Assembly: GCA_903813345.2 (NCBI GenBank)
Contig: CAIIXF020000001.1
Location: 33,046,001 to 33,110,000, forward strand
From: Owenia fusiformis
Lineage: Eukaryota
Reading direction: 5' to 3'
DNA length: 64,000 bases
The position numbers were made by a program, and so were the translations under genes. Of the stretch, positions 12,202 through 24,321 are shown piece by piece; position 1 is the first letter of the stretch, and the number at the start of each line of letters is the position of its first letter. The notes under the pieces are model-generated. The model searched no databases and had not been told where the DNA came from. It worked only from the letters and a program-made list of their open reading frames with translations.

Positions 12202-13295
12202 TTATCCCATCGAACGAAGTTCAGAGGGATATAGGGAACGCCTCCCTCCGTACGTCCGTCCGTCCGGGCAATAACTCAAATACCGTTGGCCTGATTTTGT
12301 TCATATTTTGTACACATATACCCAATGGGGGTAGAAAACCGATTTTCAAAATGGTCACTCATTTAAAAATGGCGGCCATTTTAGTGCCGATTTTACAGTA
12401 ATTTAGGTACTGCATATAAAACTGTAATAACAATATGTTTTAGAAATGTAAATATAGAAGAAATACATGGCAGCCATCTTGAAAAATGACTGCCTTTGCA
12501 CGTCATTTTTCGATTTTTGCTGTAACTTGAAAAGTAGTGGAGCGATTTTGTTCATATTTGGTATGTGAATACTTTAAGCATGGCACAATGTCTAATGACA
12601 TTTTTGATAGTAGGCGGCCATTTTGAAAAATGGCCGCCATTTTTACATGTGTTATTTAACATTTTTTACTGTAAGTCAAAAAGTAGTGGAGCGATTTTGT
12701 TCATATTTGGTATGTCAATGCTTTAAGCATGGGACAATGTCTAATGACATTTTGGGTAGTAGGCGGCCATTTTGAAAAATGTCCGCCATTTTTACGTCTG
12801 TCAGTTAACATTTTTTACTATAAGTCAAAAAGTAGTAGAGCGATTTTGTTCATATTTGGTATGTCATTGCTTTAAGCATGGGACAATGTCTAATGACATT
12901 TTGGGTAGTAGGCGGCTATTTTGAAAAATGGCCGCCATTTTTACGTGTGTTATTTTACATTTTTTACTATAACTCAAAAAGTAGTAGAGCAATTTTGTTC
13001 ATATTTTATATGTGAATGCTCGTAAGGATTGCATACGGTCTTATGACATTTTGAGTAGTAAGCGGCTATTTTAAAAAATGGCCAGCATTGGCAATCTTTT
13101 AAGAATTTTATATGTGGCTACTTAAAAGCATATTACTTCTGATGACAACTTGGCTAGTGATCAACCATTTTGAAAATGGTGGCCTTTCTTATGGGTGTTA
13201 TTTTATGATATTTGCTATATATTTCGTACGTAAAAATGCCAGCCATTTCTGTTCGATGGGATTCGCTACGCTTTGGCGTTGCCGTTGTTCTGGTT
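12202..13295 (+). mobile_element. Helentron-associated non-autonomous element (HINE/DINE-1-like)
   Basis: Terminal TATCCC..GGGATA stem, (GTCC)n microsatellite, ~150-bp internal tandem units, subterminal inverted ATCCCATCGAAC, end hairpin GCTACGCTTTGGCGTTGC, TT at both ends. Confidence 0.75.
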
Positions 13296-13796
13296 AATGT
13301 AGGACACAAAGGGCAACATATTGAAAACACAAATCATAAAATAACCCCTAAAATGCAATATATCTATGAATCTTAATCTTGAATCTCAGCAAAAGTACCA
13401 TTATCACCTCATTTGGTATGTAGTAGGTTTAACATAGGATATTCAATTTAGAGGACATATTAAACATCATTATCAAAGGTAGGACACAAAGGGCAACATA
13501 TTGAAAACCTAGGTATTCAGCTCAAATACTAATAAAAATCTATGACCTTATAATATATGATATATTTATTTCAATTCAATTCAATTCAATTCACTTTATT
13601 TCAAATGTTTCAAATACAGTGTTTTACATTGACATGAAAAGACACCCCGAGGGGTGTATAAGTTCCATGTTTAACATACAATATAGCATTTATTAAATTA
13701 ACAGTCAGGTTATATGGAAACAAAAAAAATGACAAAGCATAAGATGCATCACAATAAAATACAAGTAATGAGAAGAAAGCATTTTTCAAAGAAGAT

Positions 13797-16700
13797 CTAA
13801 TAATGACTTAGCAAATCAAACTTTAACTTTCGTTCAAATGATTTGATATGTTTAGACTTTTTGAGATCAAGTGAAAGAGTATTGTAAAGTAATGGGCCAC
13901 TTGTTTCAATTGATTTTCTTCCAATTTCTGTTCTGAATTTTTTTACAGTTAAATTCTTATTAATTCTCGTGTCATGATTATGAATTGCGGTTCCTGGAAC
14001 AAATAAATGTTTGAACTTTTGAAAAGGAAATTCTGGTGATTCTGAAACAGTTTTCTGAACAAAGCTAGCGGTTTGTAGTTTATTGATGTCAAATATATTC
14101 AATATTTTCAGTTTTGAAAAGAGAGGTCCTGAAGGAGCCAGACGATCAGAATAAGTGATAACTCTCAAGAATTTCTTTTGCAGAACATACAATTTTTGAA
14201 TAAGAGTTTTTATGGCGTTTCCCCATAAAAGGTTACAATAGCTTAAGTAGGAATATATCATGGAATAATAGATAGTGGTCATTGTATTTAAAGTCAGTCT
14301 ATGTCTAGTCTTGTAGAGAAGGCCTATCAAGTTAGAAATTTTTGTACAGATAGCATTTATGTGAGATGACCAATTCAGCTTTGAGTCAATAATGACACCT
14401 AGAAAATTGATTTCTTTAACTTCGTCTATAGGTTGTTCATTAATTTTAAGAACAATATTGTTTTTATTAGGATCCTTCTTTTTATTAAATATCATATATT
14501 TTGTTTTTTCAACATTAAGAGTTAATTTATTAGATTTCATCCAGTTAGAAACATTTTTTAGTTCAGCATTCATATCTGAGACTAGAGTTTCAAAATTTTT
14601 ATTGGTAAGTAGGATATTAGTATCATCAGCATATAAGACAAAGTTTAGTTTATTTGATATTAAATGTATGTCATTTATAAATATTATAAACAAGAGGGGA
14701 CCTATGACTGAACCTTGAGGGACACCATATTCAACTTTATTTTTACCGGATCTATATTTAATATCTGTAGTTGTAAATTGATCAATCAAGACATCTTTCT
14801 TAACAATTTCTGTGACCATAATTCGATTTTCGAGATAACTTTTGAACCAGGAAAGAGCTGTTCCACGAATACCATAAAATTCAAGTTTTTGTAATAATAT
14901 TTTGTGATCCACTGTATCAAAAGCCTTAGTCAAATCAATGTATATCCCAATGCTAGTTTCCCCGATATCTAATGACTTACGAATATTTTCAATGAAATTT
15001 AGAAGTGCCATATAAGTTGAGTGCTTCTTCCTGAAACCATATTGTTGTAAATATAAAATTTCATATTTTTCTAAAAATGTTGTCACTTTTATATGAACAA
15101 TTTTTTCAAGCACTTTAGAAAATACACTGAGAATTGAAATTGGTCTATAGTTGTTGAATTTATCTTTAAGGCCTTTCTTATAGATTGGAATTACTTAAGC
15201 TATTTTTAATGCATCAGGAAATGTACCAGTAGTTATTGATAAATTGAATATCTGAGTAAGAGGAGTTGACAAAGATTCGTTCAGTGTTTTCACTACTCTG
15301 GGTTCTATATCATCTATAGATGCAGCAGAGTCTTTTAAAGATTTTAATTGGGCCATGACATCAGTTTCAGTAATAGGTGTTAGAAATATTGAGTTATTAT
15401 TTGAATTAGTTTTCTTTAAATTTACCATTGGATCTAGATTATTGTTTATCTTTTTTGCAAGTTTATGACCAATTGAACTAAAAAAATTATTGAAATTCTT
15501 AGCTATGTCGAGACCATCTGAGATTTGTGTATTTTCAAGATCAAATGTATCGTTAATATTAGATTGATTTGGATTTCTGTTTAAGATAGCGTTAATTACA
15601 TTCCAAGATTTCTTTATATTGCCTTTATTTGTCTCAAATTTATTTCTGTAATATGATTTTTCTGCATTTCTAATGACATGGTTAAGCTTATTTTTATATC
15701 GTGTATATATTGCATTGTTTTCTAAAGTAGGATTCTTTTTATATTTTATGAAAAGTTTGTTTTTATATTTAGCTGAAATAATGATCCCGAGAGAAATCCA
15801 AGGTTTTTTATGATCATTATAGGTTTTAATTATTCTGGATCTGTTTGGTAGACATCTATTATAAATATCAGTAAAAATCTCAATGAAGGAGTTATATGCA
15901 TTATTCACACAATTTGGATCAAGTATATCTTGCCAATTAATATTTGCGACCTCATCTTGGAGTTTGGAACAATTTTCATCATTTATTATTCGATATTGAA
16001 TCTTTTGCTTTTTAATTTTAGGTGTTTCATTATTATTACTTACAGCATATATTGGAAAATGATCTGATATGTCATATAAAATTATACCAGATTGGGTGAT
16101 ATTATTTGCATTGGTAAAAATGTTATCAATTAATGTAGCACATTTACTAGTGATTCTTGTAGGTCTATAAATTAAAGGCATAAAATTATTAGTATACAAG
16201 TTACACAAAAAGTCATTTGTAAGGTCATGTTCATTTGATTTCAGAAGGTCAACATTAAAATCCCCTAAAATATAGGCAAACTTATTTTCAGATGCCATTT
16301 TCTCTAAGTGTGAATTAAAAAGATTATTAAATTCATGTAAGTTAAAATTAGGTGGCTTATAAATAGCTGATACCAAAATATTTTTCCCTTTATTTTGTTT
16401 GATTTCTATGGAAACAGATTCACATTTATCAGAGTTTAATTTAAGATCAGATCTTTCAATAAAATTGTAAGTTTTTGCAATATGGAGGCAAACCCCGCCA
16501 CCTCTTGAAAGTTTCCTTGAATTAAATACAGTATTATATCCATCTAATGTAAATTGCTTTTCAGATGATTCTGTTAACCAGGTTTCTGACATTGCTATGA
16601 CAGAAAAAGAATTTTTACTAAGAGAGTTGAGCATTTCAAATTTCCAGTTATTCTTTGGTAAACTTCTCATGTTCAGATGAAGTAAAGAAAATGAGTCATA

Positions 16701-16937
16701 TTTAATAGTTGAGTTTAATTTGTCAATATTATCAAAATTACACTGTTGAGAAATGCTATGCATTTGAGTTTGAACATTGTTAAACTGGTCTTCCGTGGCT
16801 AAATGTTTATCAAAGTCAAGTGGATTTAATATAAGATTATCATAATGATCAAGTCCATGTGCTAAGTCCAAAAAATCAATGTTAGAACATGAATAAAATG
16901 GAAGGTCTTTTAAAACGTTAGCCAGTATCAAGTTCAA
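13797..16937 (-). pseudogene. LINE ORF2 (APE endonuclease + RT) broken by one in-frame stop
   Basis: EN motifs LNMRSL, SETWL, RGGGV, IYKPP, GDFN, IDNIF, SDHFP; RT motif YADD. The two ORF-track pieces are in the same frame; AGA in copy 1 is TAA at 15195-15197 here. Confidence 0.92.
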
Positions 16938-17329
16938 AGTGCATTGAAAGTTGAATAGTCATTTTCTCCTTATATAAATATGGGTAAATGCTTCCTTTGT
17001 CAATATAAAATGCTTTGAATGTCAACAGTACAAATTCATTCTTTGATCCTAAAGTAACGAAAGAAAATAACGAATAAAAATAAAGGGGAGCAAGTGACTT
17101 GCTTGCAGAAATATGTACAAGAAATAGCAGCATATTGAGCATCTCTTGGCTCGAGATAACTGCTACAGATGCAAAAATGGAAATTAAAAAATATTTGCCA
17201 TAAAGGCGGAAAAAGTGGATTGTAAATTGTATAATGGAACATGGTTTAGTATTGAAAATGATTACCAAAATAGAATAGCTCACTATGTGAGCTAAAAACA
17301 CTTAAAATTAATGGAGAAATATGAGAAAA

Positions 17330-17830
17330 ATAAATTGCAAGGGCAATTTGATCAATTCATTTCCTCAAGAAAAGTAAACAACAATTGCAAGGGCAATCAG
17401 ATCAACAACATTTCCCTAGAAGTAAAGTGAAAAAATAATTGCAAGGGCAATTTGATCAACACATTTCCTTGGGAAAAGTGAAGAACAAATTGCAAGGGCA
17501 ATCTGATCAGAAACATTTCCTGGAGAAACAAAAGAAAAAGCAATTTGATCAACACATTTCCTCATGAAAAGTGAATAGCAATTGCAATGCAAGAGTTTAT
17601 TATGCAATATACCCCAGTATAAAGATTAATAGTGAGATATTTAGAAAAATAAATAAACAATTGCAAGGGCAATTCAATCAGTTCATTTCCTCGAAAAAGT
17701 AAACAACAATTGCAAGGGCAATTTGATCAAAAACATTTACCCGAGAAGTAAAGTGAAAAAAACAATTGCAAGGGCAATTTGATCAAAACATTTCCTCATG
17801 AAAAGTGAAAAACAAATGCAAGGGCAATTG
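17330..17830. repeat. ~60-bp tandem repeat array upstream of LINE ORF2
   Basis: AATTGCAAGGGCAATTTGATCAA..CATTTCC recurs about 8-9 times, in two blocks. Confidence 0.85.
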
Positions 17831-18168
17831 TAAATGGTGAGTAAATTATAATGTGTAAATGTTCCTGTTTACCACTTTCAAAGAAAGCGCAAAATCAAAA
17901 ATACAAGTAGATTCATCAAGTTATAAATGCAGGGGAAAAAAGGTTTAATTACTGTATATAGTACATGGGCTTGAGAAACTATGTTTTTGTGTCTGAATAG
18001 AGTGTTATACAAAATCTGGAAAGTTTCCAATTTTCCCTTGCAATTAAAAACTTTTAGAATATAAATGGTGTATTAATAGTTAAATGTTCAATGTTTTATT
18101 GCTGGAATGAATTATTCCAGAAAGCATACCAGGTGTTTTGGTAGAACTACGTTGATAAATCAAAAAGG

Positions 18169-18483
18169 CTAATTGTCACCTATTTTGTCTTTGATAAGTT
18201 TTGAGACAAGTTTCCATTTTTCAGGATCATATCGACCATTGTCCCATCGTGATATTATGATCATTGTATCTGAGAGGTCAAGTTCTGCAATTGTATTCCT
18301 GATTGTACGTCCCATACCATTGTCTCCATCATCTTGAAAATCATAATATTTCCTGGCACCATTTTTGATCACAAATGCATAGCTATTATTAGTAGCTTTT
18401 GCAACATATGGATCGCCGCATGAGATTTTCAAAGAATAATTCAATAGACTAGATGCGAGTAGACATAATCTTGATTTAGTCAT
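18169..18483 (-). CDS. IMPACT/YigZ (UPF0029)-like domain ORF; possible C-terminal part of LINE ORF1
   Basis: VAKATNNSYAF...DFQDDGDNGMGRTI...MIIISRW resembles the IMPACT pattern ATHNIYAY...DDGE..AG..L...VVVSRW, recognised by eye. Confidence 0.6.
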   Translation of the reverse strand: MTKSRLCLLASSLLNYSLKISCGDPYVAKATNNSYAFVIKNGARKYYDFQDDGDNGMGRTIRNTIAELDLSDTMIIISRWDNGRYDPEKWKLVSKLIKDKIGDN

Positions 18484-18581
18484 TCAAAATTCAGTCCAAG
18501 TGATGTCATCTTTGAAATCTACATGTAAAAGTACATCTAGAAATATGGTTTCGAAAATTGTTTATCAACTTTGAAAATTAA

Positions 18582-19369
18582 TTATCCCAACGAACGAAGT
18601 TCGGTAGGGATATAGTGAAGCCCTCCGTCCGTCCGTCAGTCAGTCAGTCCGTCCGTCCGTCCGTCCGTCTGTCCGTCTGTCCGTCCGGAAGATAACTCAA
18701 ATACTAGTAGACGGATTTTCTTCATATTTAGTGGAAAGATGTATATTGGTGAATAGTTTTACGCATTTTTTTTCAAGATGGCTGCCGCCTTAAAAATGAC
18801 AGGACTTTTTCGCAAAAATCATAAATTTTTCATTCTAAACCAAAGTAATTAATATTATTGTTTGAAATTTTGGTAGTATATTCACAACATTTATCTATTT
18901 CACATATATTCCGTGTATTTCATCCTGACCCCCAGGGGCCGTGTATGGGGGTTCAGGAAAACAGAAATTTTCCCTAATTTTTAGATCTTTCTGAAGTATA
19001 GCTTTATTATACTCAAATGAAAGGCAATTAAGAGTAGATTGCAAATATTGTATCTTTTTTCTGATTCGAGCCTCGTAAAATTCAAAATGGCCGTCTAATG
19101 TACGATTTCGCAATAATTTTTCGATCCCTTCAAAGTATGGCTATATTATACTCAAATTGAAGGATTTTTGGAGTAGATCACAATTATGGTATTATTTTTC
19201 TGATTTGTACCTCAGAAAATTCAAAATGGCTGCTTAGCAGGAATTCGCAATTCTAAAATCTTATTTTTTAAAATTTTAACCAAAGTAATGAGTATAATTG
19301 ATTGGAATTCGGTAATTGATATTTTGTTCGTTGGGATTTGCTACTCCGCGGAGTTGCCATTATCTAGTT
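18582..19369 (+). mobile_element. HINE-like element, related subfamily
   Basis: TATCCCAACGAAC start, (GTCC)n, inverted GTTCGTTGGGAT, hairpin GCTACTCCGCGGAGTTGC, CTAGTT end. Confidence 0.72.
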
Positions 19370-19829
19370 TTTTTTGAAAGTTTGACTTCTCGTTCGGGTT
19401 GATTCCCCATAGACCCAATGTTACAAAATCACAAAAAGTGAACTATCTTTTCTTGTATTGGACAGATAACATTTTCTTTCACTGGACATATATTTCAATT
19501 TGCATAACTATTAGATACATGAGGGTTATATGAAAATTGAACCACTAAAACAAATGTAATTTAATTTAAAGGGAACTTTCTGCTATACCCGCCATGCTAT
19601 CTGACCCGAACGAGCCACCTGGTGGTGAAACTGGTAAATACCTACTGGCATCTGCGTTATTGAAGCTAAAGGTATAAAGTCAAATGATTGCTTTTTAGAA
19701 TTGAAAAGGTGCATGTAGGATAGTTTTTTCGGCAGTTTGAAACCCATTGTTTTGCTATCAAACAAGTGGAAGTATTTTTAATCTATCCATTATATAACAT
19801 ATAAATATTATAAAGTAAAATATTTTAGT

Positions 19830-21200
19830 TTGATTTAGGATGAGAACTATCTTACAAGCAGTGTCCCTTTAATGGCTAAATGGATATTGATTCCGTCTTT
19901 TAACAATATATCATCTTTTTGGACAGGCAATCAAAAATAGATTGACCCTTTTGCTTCTTTTGGTGAGTAGTAACCTTACAAGCAGTGTCCCTTTAAACAG
20001 CTACATGGATATTGATTTAGTCCCTCAGCAATATATCATCTTCAGGGGTAGGCAATTGAATGAAGAATCAAAAATAGATTGACCCATTAGCCCCTTTGGT
20101 TGAGAACTACCTTACACATGTTACAAGCAGTGTCTCTTTAAAGAGATCGAGTCGTCCAGATTTCTATTCTGGACAATCAGTAATGTCCCAATATAATTGC
20201 TCATAAAACATCATATATACCTTAGATATATCTTGAGACCAAATCATAAGCACGATATCGACAATATATTGAGGATATCAACAGGACAACCAAAAGAACA
20301 ACCAACTGTCAGAATTGAACGCAATAAGTAGAAAACAGAATACAATGTTTTTGGGGGATTTATCTATATTGTAACCCCTTAGAAGTTATAAATATGGCTT
20401 CTCTAAGCCAAAATAATCTGAAGGAAAAAGCCAATCAGACTGGAACAAATTTGAGCGGGCTTTTTAAATTTAAATTGAATTTCTATTGATGTAAGTGGAA
20501 ATTCATGGCTAGGAACAATCATCGAATTGATACAGTTAACTAATTAATTCAAGCCTCAGAATTGATAAGTTGATAAACAAACTTGTTTTACAACAAATAA
20601 CATGAAAAAATCAGGGGGTTACTCTAATTGTGTTTTTAGGAGACCCCCTCTCTTTAAATGGGTGAATGGATATTGATTCAGTCCCTCAGCAATGTATCAC
20701 ATTCAGGGGCAGGCATGACTGATGAATCAAAAGTATGTTGACTCTGATTTTTTGTCAAAAATATTTTAGTGTTCCTTAGGATGAGAACTATCTTACAAGC
20801 AATGTCCCTTTCAATGGCTGAATGGATAATGACTCGGTCCTTCTGCAATATATAATCTTCAGGCGCATGCATGAATGATCGATCAAAGATAGATTGGCCT
20901 AGTTGTTTCTTTGGGTGAGAACTACCTTACAAGGAGTGTCCCTTTAATGGCTAAATGGATATTAATTCAGTGTCTCTTCAACATATCATCTCCAGAGATA
21001 GTCATGACTGATGAATCAAAAGAAGATTGACCCATTTGATTCTTTGTTTAAGACATTTTAGTGTTCATTAGCATGAGAACTACCTTACAAACAGTGTCCC
21101 TTTAATGACTACATGGATATCAATATTCAGTCCCTCTGCAATGTATCCTCTTCAGAGGCATGCATGACTGATAGATCGAAAATAAATTGACCCGTTTGAT
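19830..21200. repeat. Old diverged tandem array (~140-190-bp units) interrupted by an insertion
   Basis: GAGAACTACCTTACAAGCAGTGTCCCTTTAA recurs about 6 times; an unrelated block 20142-20653 is flanked by TTAA. Confidence 0.75.
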
Positions 21201-21978
21201 ACTTGTCTGATAGTTTGTTGCCTTGGTATCTGGCAGATCCAATATGGCCTCCTTTTTGAAACTAATTTTTTTGCTATACTTTCACATTGTATTGGTATAT
21301 CTTCTGCAGCCAGGACCCTCTTTCATTTCATGTTTGAACTCTGCAATAATGTCAATACTAGACAATAAAGGTGAAATCAGAGGGGGTCTGACCTGCGGAA
21401 GCACCTGAATCTGTTAGCAGTACTGTCAACCCCCAAAGATTTTCTCGCGGGACAGATTTTTTAGACCCAGTGCCCAAAATTCGCGGGATTTTGCGTGACA
21501 TCTACTAAATTAGCGGGATTTCGCGGGACATTTAAGGGATTTGCGTGATTGCGCTTATAGGCCAATTTTTTTTTATCAAATTCGCGGGATTTCGCGGGAC
21601 CATTCGAGGGACAAACACCCTAATTGCGGGACAGTTAACAGGTTTACCAGCAAAAACTTCATAGAGGGACAGATTTTCTAGAAAAAGTGCCCTAAATTGC
21701 GGGATTTCGCGGGACATCCACCTAAATTTGCAGGATGTCCCGGGACATCCAAGGGATTTGCGTGATTTGGACTATTGTAAAAGCTTGTAAAAGTACTTAA
21801 ATCAAACTTTCAGATACTGATTAATCAAATATAATGCACCGTTACATTGTAACTTAAATAAACGTCAACATAACTTCACAAAATATGCATAGAAATATTA
21901 TTTCAATTGAAAGCCCATGGTATAGGGTTTCGATTAATCTACATCAAATTATAGGGAATGAGGTTACTTTTCTAGATA

Positions 21979-23300
21979 GGGTTTGTAGAAAAAACCGGGT
22001 ACCGGGTAGTAAATCCTCAATGATGGGTTCAAACTTGGTACCCGGTCGAAAAAACCGGGTACCCAAAAAACGAAATATACGAATATACAACATAATTAGA
22101 TCATTAGAAAACGTGTAAGATTTGTTTTGAATTTACAAAAATGTATGTAACTTCCTTCAAAATTGAGATAGAAGCTTCAAATAAAAAGCATTTTAAGCCT
22201 CTTTTCTTCCTCTATCATCATGGTCATATTTCCATTGGTAATGAAGGGGGAGGGGGGGGGTGCGATCGCACCATCACACCCTCTCCTGGCTACGCCAATG
22301 ACATTGTAAGACGATTTGAATAACAAGGCAAATCAATTTTACTCTATTTTCAATAGTTCGTATGTTGGTACGTGAATTGTTTTGATTATGATTTAAGGAC
22401 AGGGTGCATGTTGGGAAATTTTCTGCACTCCTCAATTGAGTCACATGTTATTTTTCAAACAAGAATAACTCCTTCCCCACATTGTCTACATCTTCCAGGT
22501 TTGCACAAAGAGTGCACTTATGAGCCTAGAAAAGCCTTGTGAGAAGATTTGTTTTGTAAAATGTATAAAAAACGAGAAAATTTAGTGAAAAAAATTTCTG
22601 AAAATTTTCTGAATTTTTTCACTGAATTTTCTTGTTTTTTATACACTTTATCAAAACATTCTTCTCACAAGTCTTTTCTAGGCACATAAGTGCACTCTTT
22701 GTGCAAAACTGGAAGATATAGACAATGTTGGGAAGGAGTGATTCTTGTTTGAAAAATAACATGTGACTCAATTGAGGAATGCAGAAAATTTCCCATCATG
22801 CACCCTGACCTTAAATCTGTAAATTGCTATCGTTGCTTTAGCAGAGAGGTGACGTGTGTTAATTTACATGATGCAATGTGTAAGATTTTGATTATTAATC
22901 ATAATTTAAGTTATCCCAACTGTCGACAAAATGTCCACTGAATTGTCCACTAAATTGTTATGTCTTACAATGTCATAGGCGTAGCCAGGAGAGGGTGCGA
23001 TGGTGCGATCGCACCCCCCCCCCCATAACCAATGAAAATATGGTCATGACGATAGAAGAAGAAAAGAGCCTTAAAATATGCTTTTTATTTGAAGCTTCTA
23101 GCTCAATTTTGAAGGATGTTACACACATTTTTGTAAATTCAAAACAAATCTTACACGTTTTCTGATAACTTAATTATGTTATACTCGTATATTTTTTGTT
23201 TTTGAGTAAGCTTACCCGTTTTTTGACCGGGTACCGGGTACCAAGTTTGAACCCAGCATGGAGCATTTACTACCCGGTACCCGGTTTTTTCTACAAATCC
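21979..23300. mobile_element. Long-TIR MITE, Mutator-like
   Basis: ~335-bp inverted arms starting GGGTTTGTAG; flanking 10-bp direct repeat TTTCTAGATA; absent from copy 2 of the host. Confidence 0.72.
22397..22810. mobile_element. Fully palindromic MITE, Kolobok-like
   Basis: GG..CC termini, TTAA on both sides, ~205-bp arms meeting near 22604. Confidence 0.72.
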
Positions 23301-23419
23301 TTTCTAGATATCAGCGTCCATTTATTGTAACTCACGTTTGCTAACATTTGCTCAGTTCTGAGATGAAGGCCACACGGATAGTAAAAAGGCCAACGTTGGA
23401 ACTATTTGTGACCTACATC

Positions 23420-24022
23420 CACGCCGATCGTAGAATTGGGACGGAGGGGGGGAGCAGGCAATTTCTGCTAGAAATTTCAACAAATCTGGAAGATTTATTT
23501 TTTAAAGAAGAAGTTTACTATTGAATTGCTAAATAAATAGGCTCACGGTATTGTAAAATATGTTAGGTATTCTAGGATTTTTTTTCAACCGATACTCTTT
23601 TAGGGTATAAGATCTATTAAAAAAGGCGCAACGTCCCAAAATTATTTTCGATTATTTTTTATTTCACCTATGGAAACTTATTTTACAAAGTCAGCAATAA
23701 CATTAATTTTGTGACGATAATGTCACTTACAAGTATTTATTACAGGTCATGTACACCATTGTTGCATCATTTATAGCAACAACATTGACTTTTGCACGTT
23801 GGTGCGTTGCGCCTTTTTTAATAGATCTCATATCTTAGATGCCTATCATTTCAGAAAAAATCCCAGAAGACCTAACATATTTTACCATACCGTGCGCCTA
23901 TCAATTCAGCAATTCAATAGTAAACTTTTTCTTGAAAAAATAAATCTCTCGGATTTGTTGAATTTTCTTGCAGAAATTGCCTGCTCCCCCCCTCCGTCCC
24001 ATTTTCACGATCACCGGGCGTG
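23420..24022. mobile_element. MITE with CAC..GTG termini and 5-bp TSD (Transib-like)
   Basis: ACATC duplicated at 23415-23419 and 24023-24027; a single ACATC at the empty site (25681) in host copy 2; ~220-bp inverted arms. Confidence 0.68.
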
Positions 24023-24321
24023 ACATCCCTATTGTCGTAATTAAAATGAAAGTTGAACCCTTCCTCTTTATTTTGATACCAAACAACAGCATGCTAGGTA
24101 CTTAAAATTAGGTAAACTTTACTCCTCAAAAGTGCAAAAAAGCTTCTTATATAAGATTAGATAATCACAACATAGGGGATTGCAACAATTTCGGAAATTC
24201 GCGGAGGTCGAAAGCCACATTTGCGGGACTTCGCGGGACAATGCGGGACATGCGAATTAGCCTAATTTTGATCGAATTCGCGGGATAATCCCGCCATTCG
24301 CGGGACACTTGACAGCTCTGT

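Larger units (their letters stand above)
13570..18440 (-). mobile_element. Longer copy of the same LINE family (5' boundary uncertain)
   Basis: Same 3' UTR and (TTGAA)n tail at 13570-13592, EN+RT ORF2, an upstream spacer with tandem repeats, and a candidate ORF1 remnant. No TSD found. Confidence 0.8.
21418..24320 (+). mobile_element. Non-autonomous DNA element with CAG..CTG termini (hAT-like), copy 1, host of nested insertions
   Basis: CAGTACTGTCAAC ... TTGACAGCTCTG imperfect TIRs; many subterminal CGCGGGA motifs. Confidence 0.65.

Noticed and set aside
10065..14718. Two 108-aa ORFs beginning MTPRKLIS
   Set aside because: They are antisense shadows of the RT coding sequence.
15113..15197. 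Frameshift or two-ORF organisation between EN and RT
   Set aside because: Both ORFs are in the same frame; comparison with copy 1 shows a nonsense substitution.
17330..17830. CRISPR-like repeat-spacer pattern
   Set aside because: The intervening segments are homologous to each other, so this is an ordinary tandem repeat.
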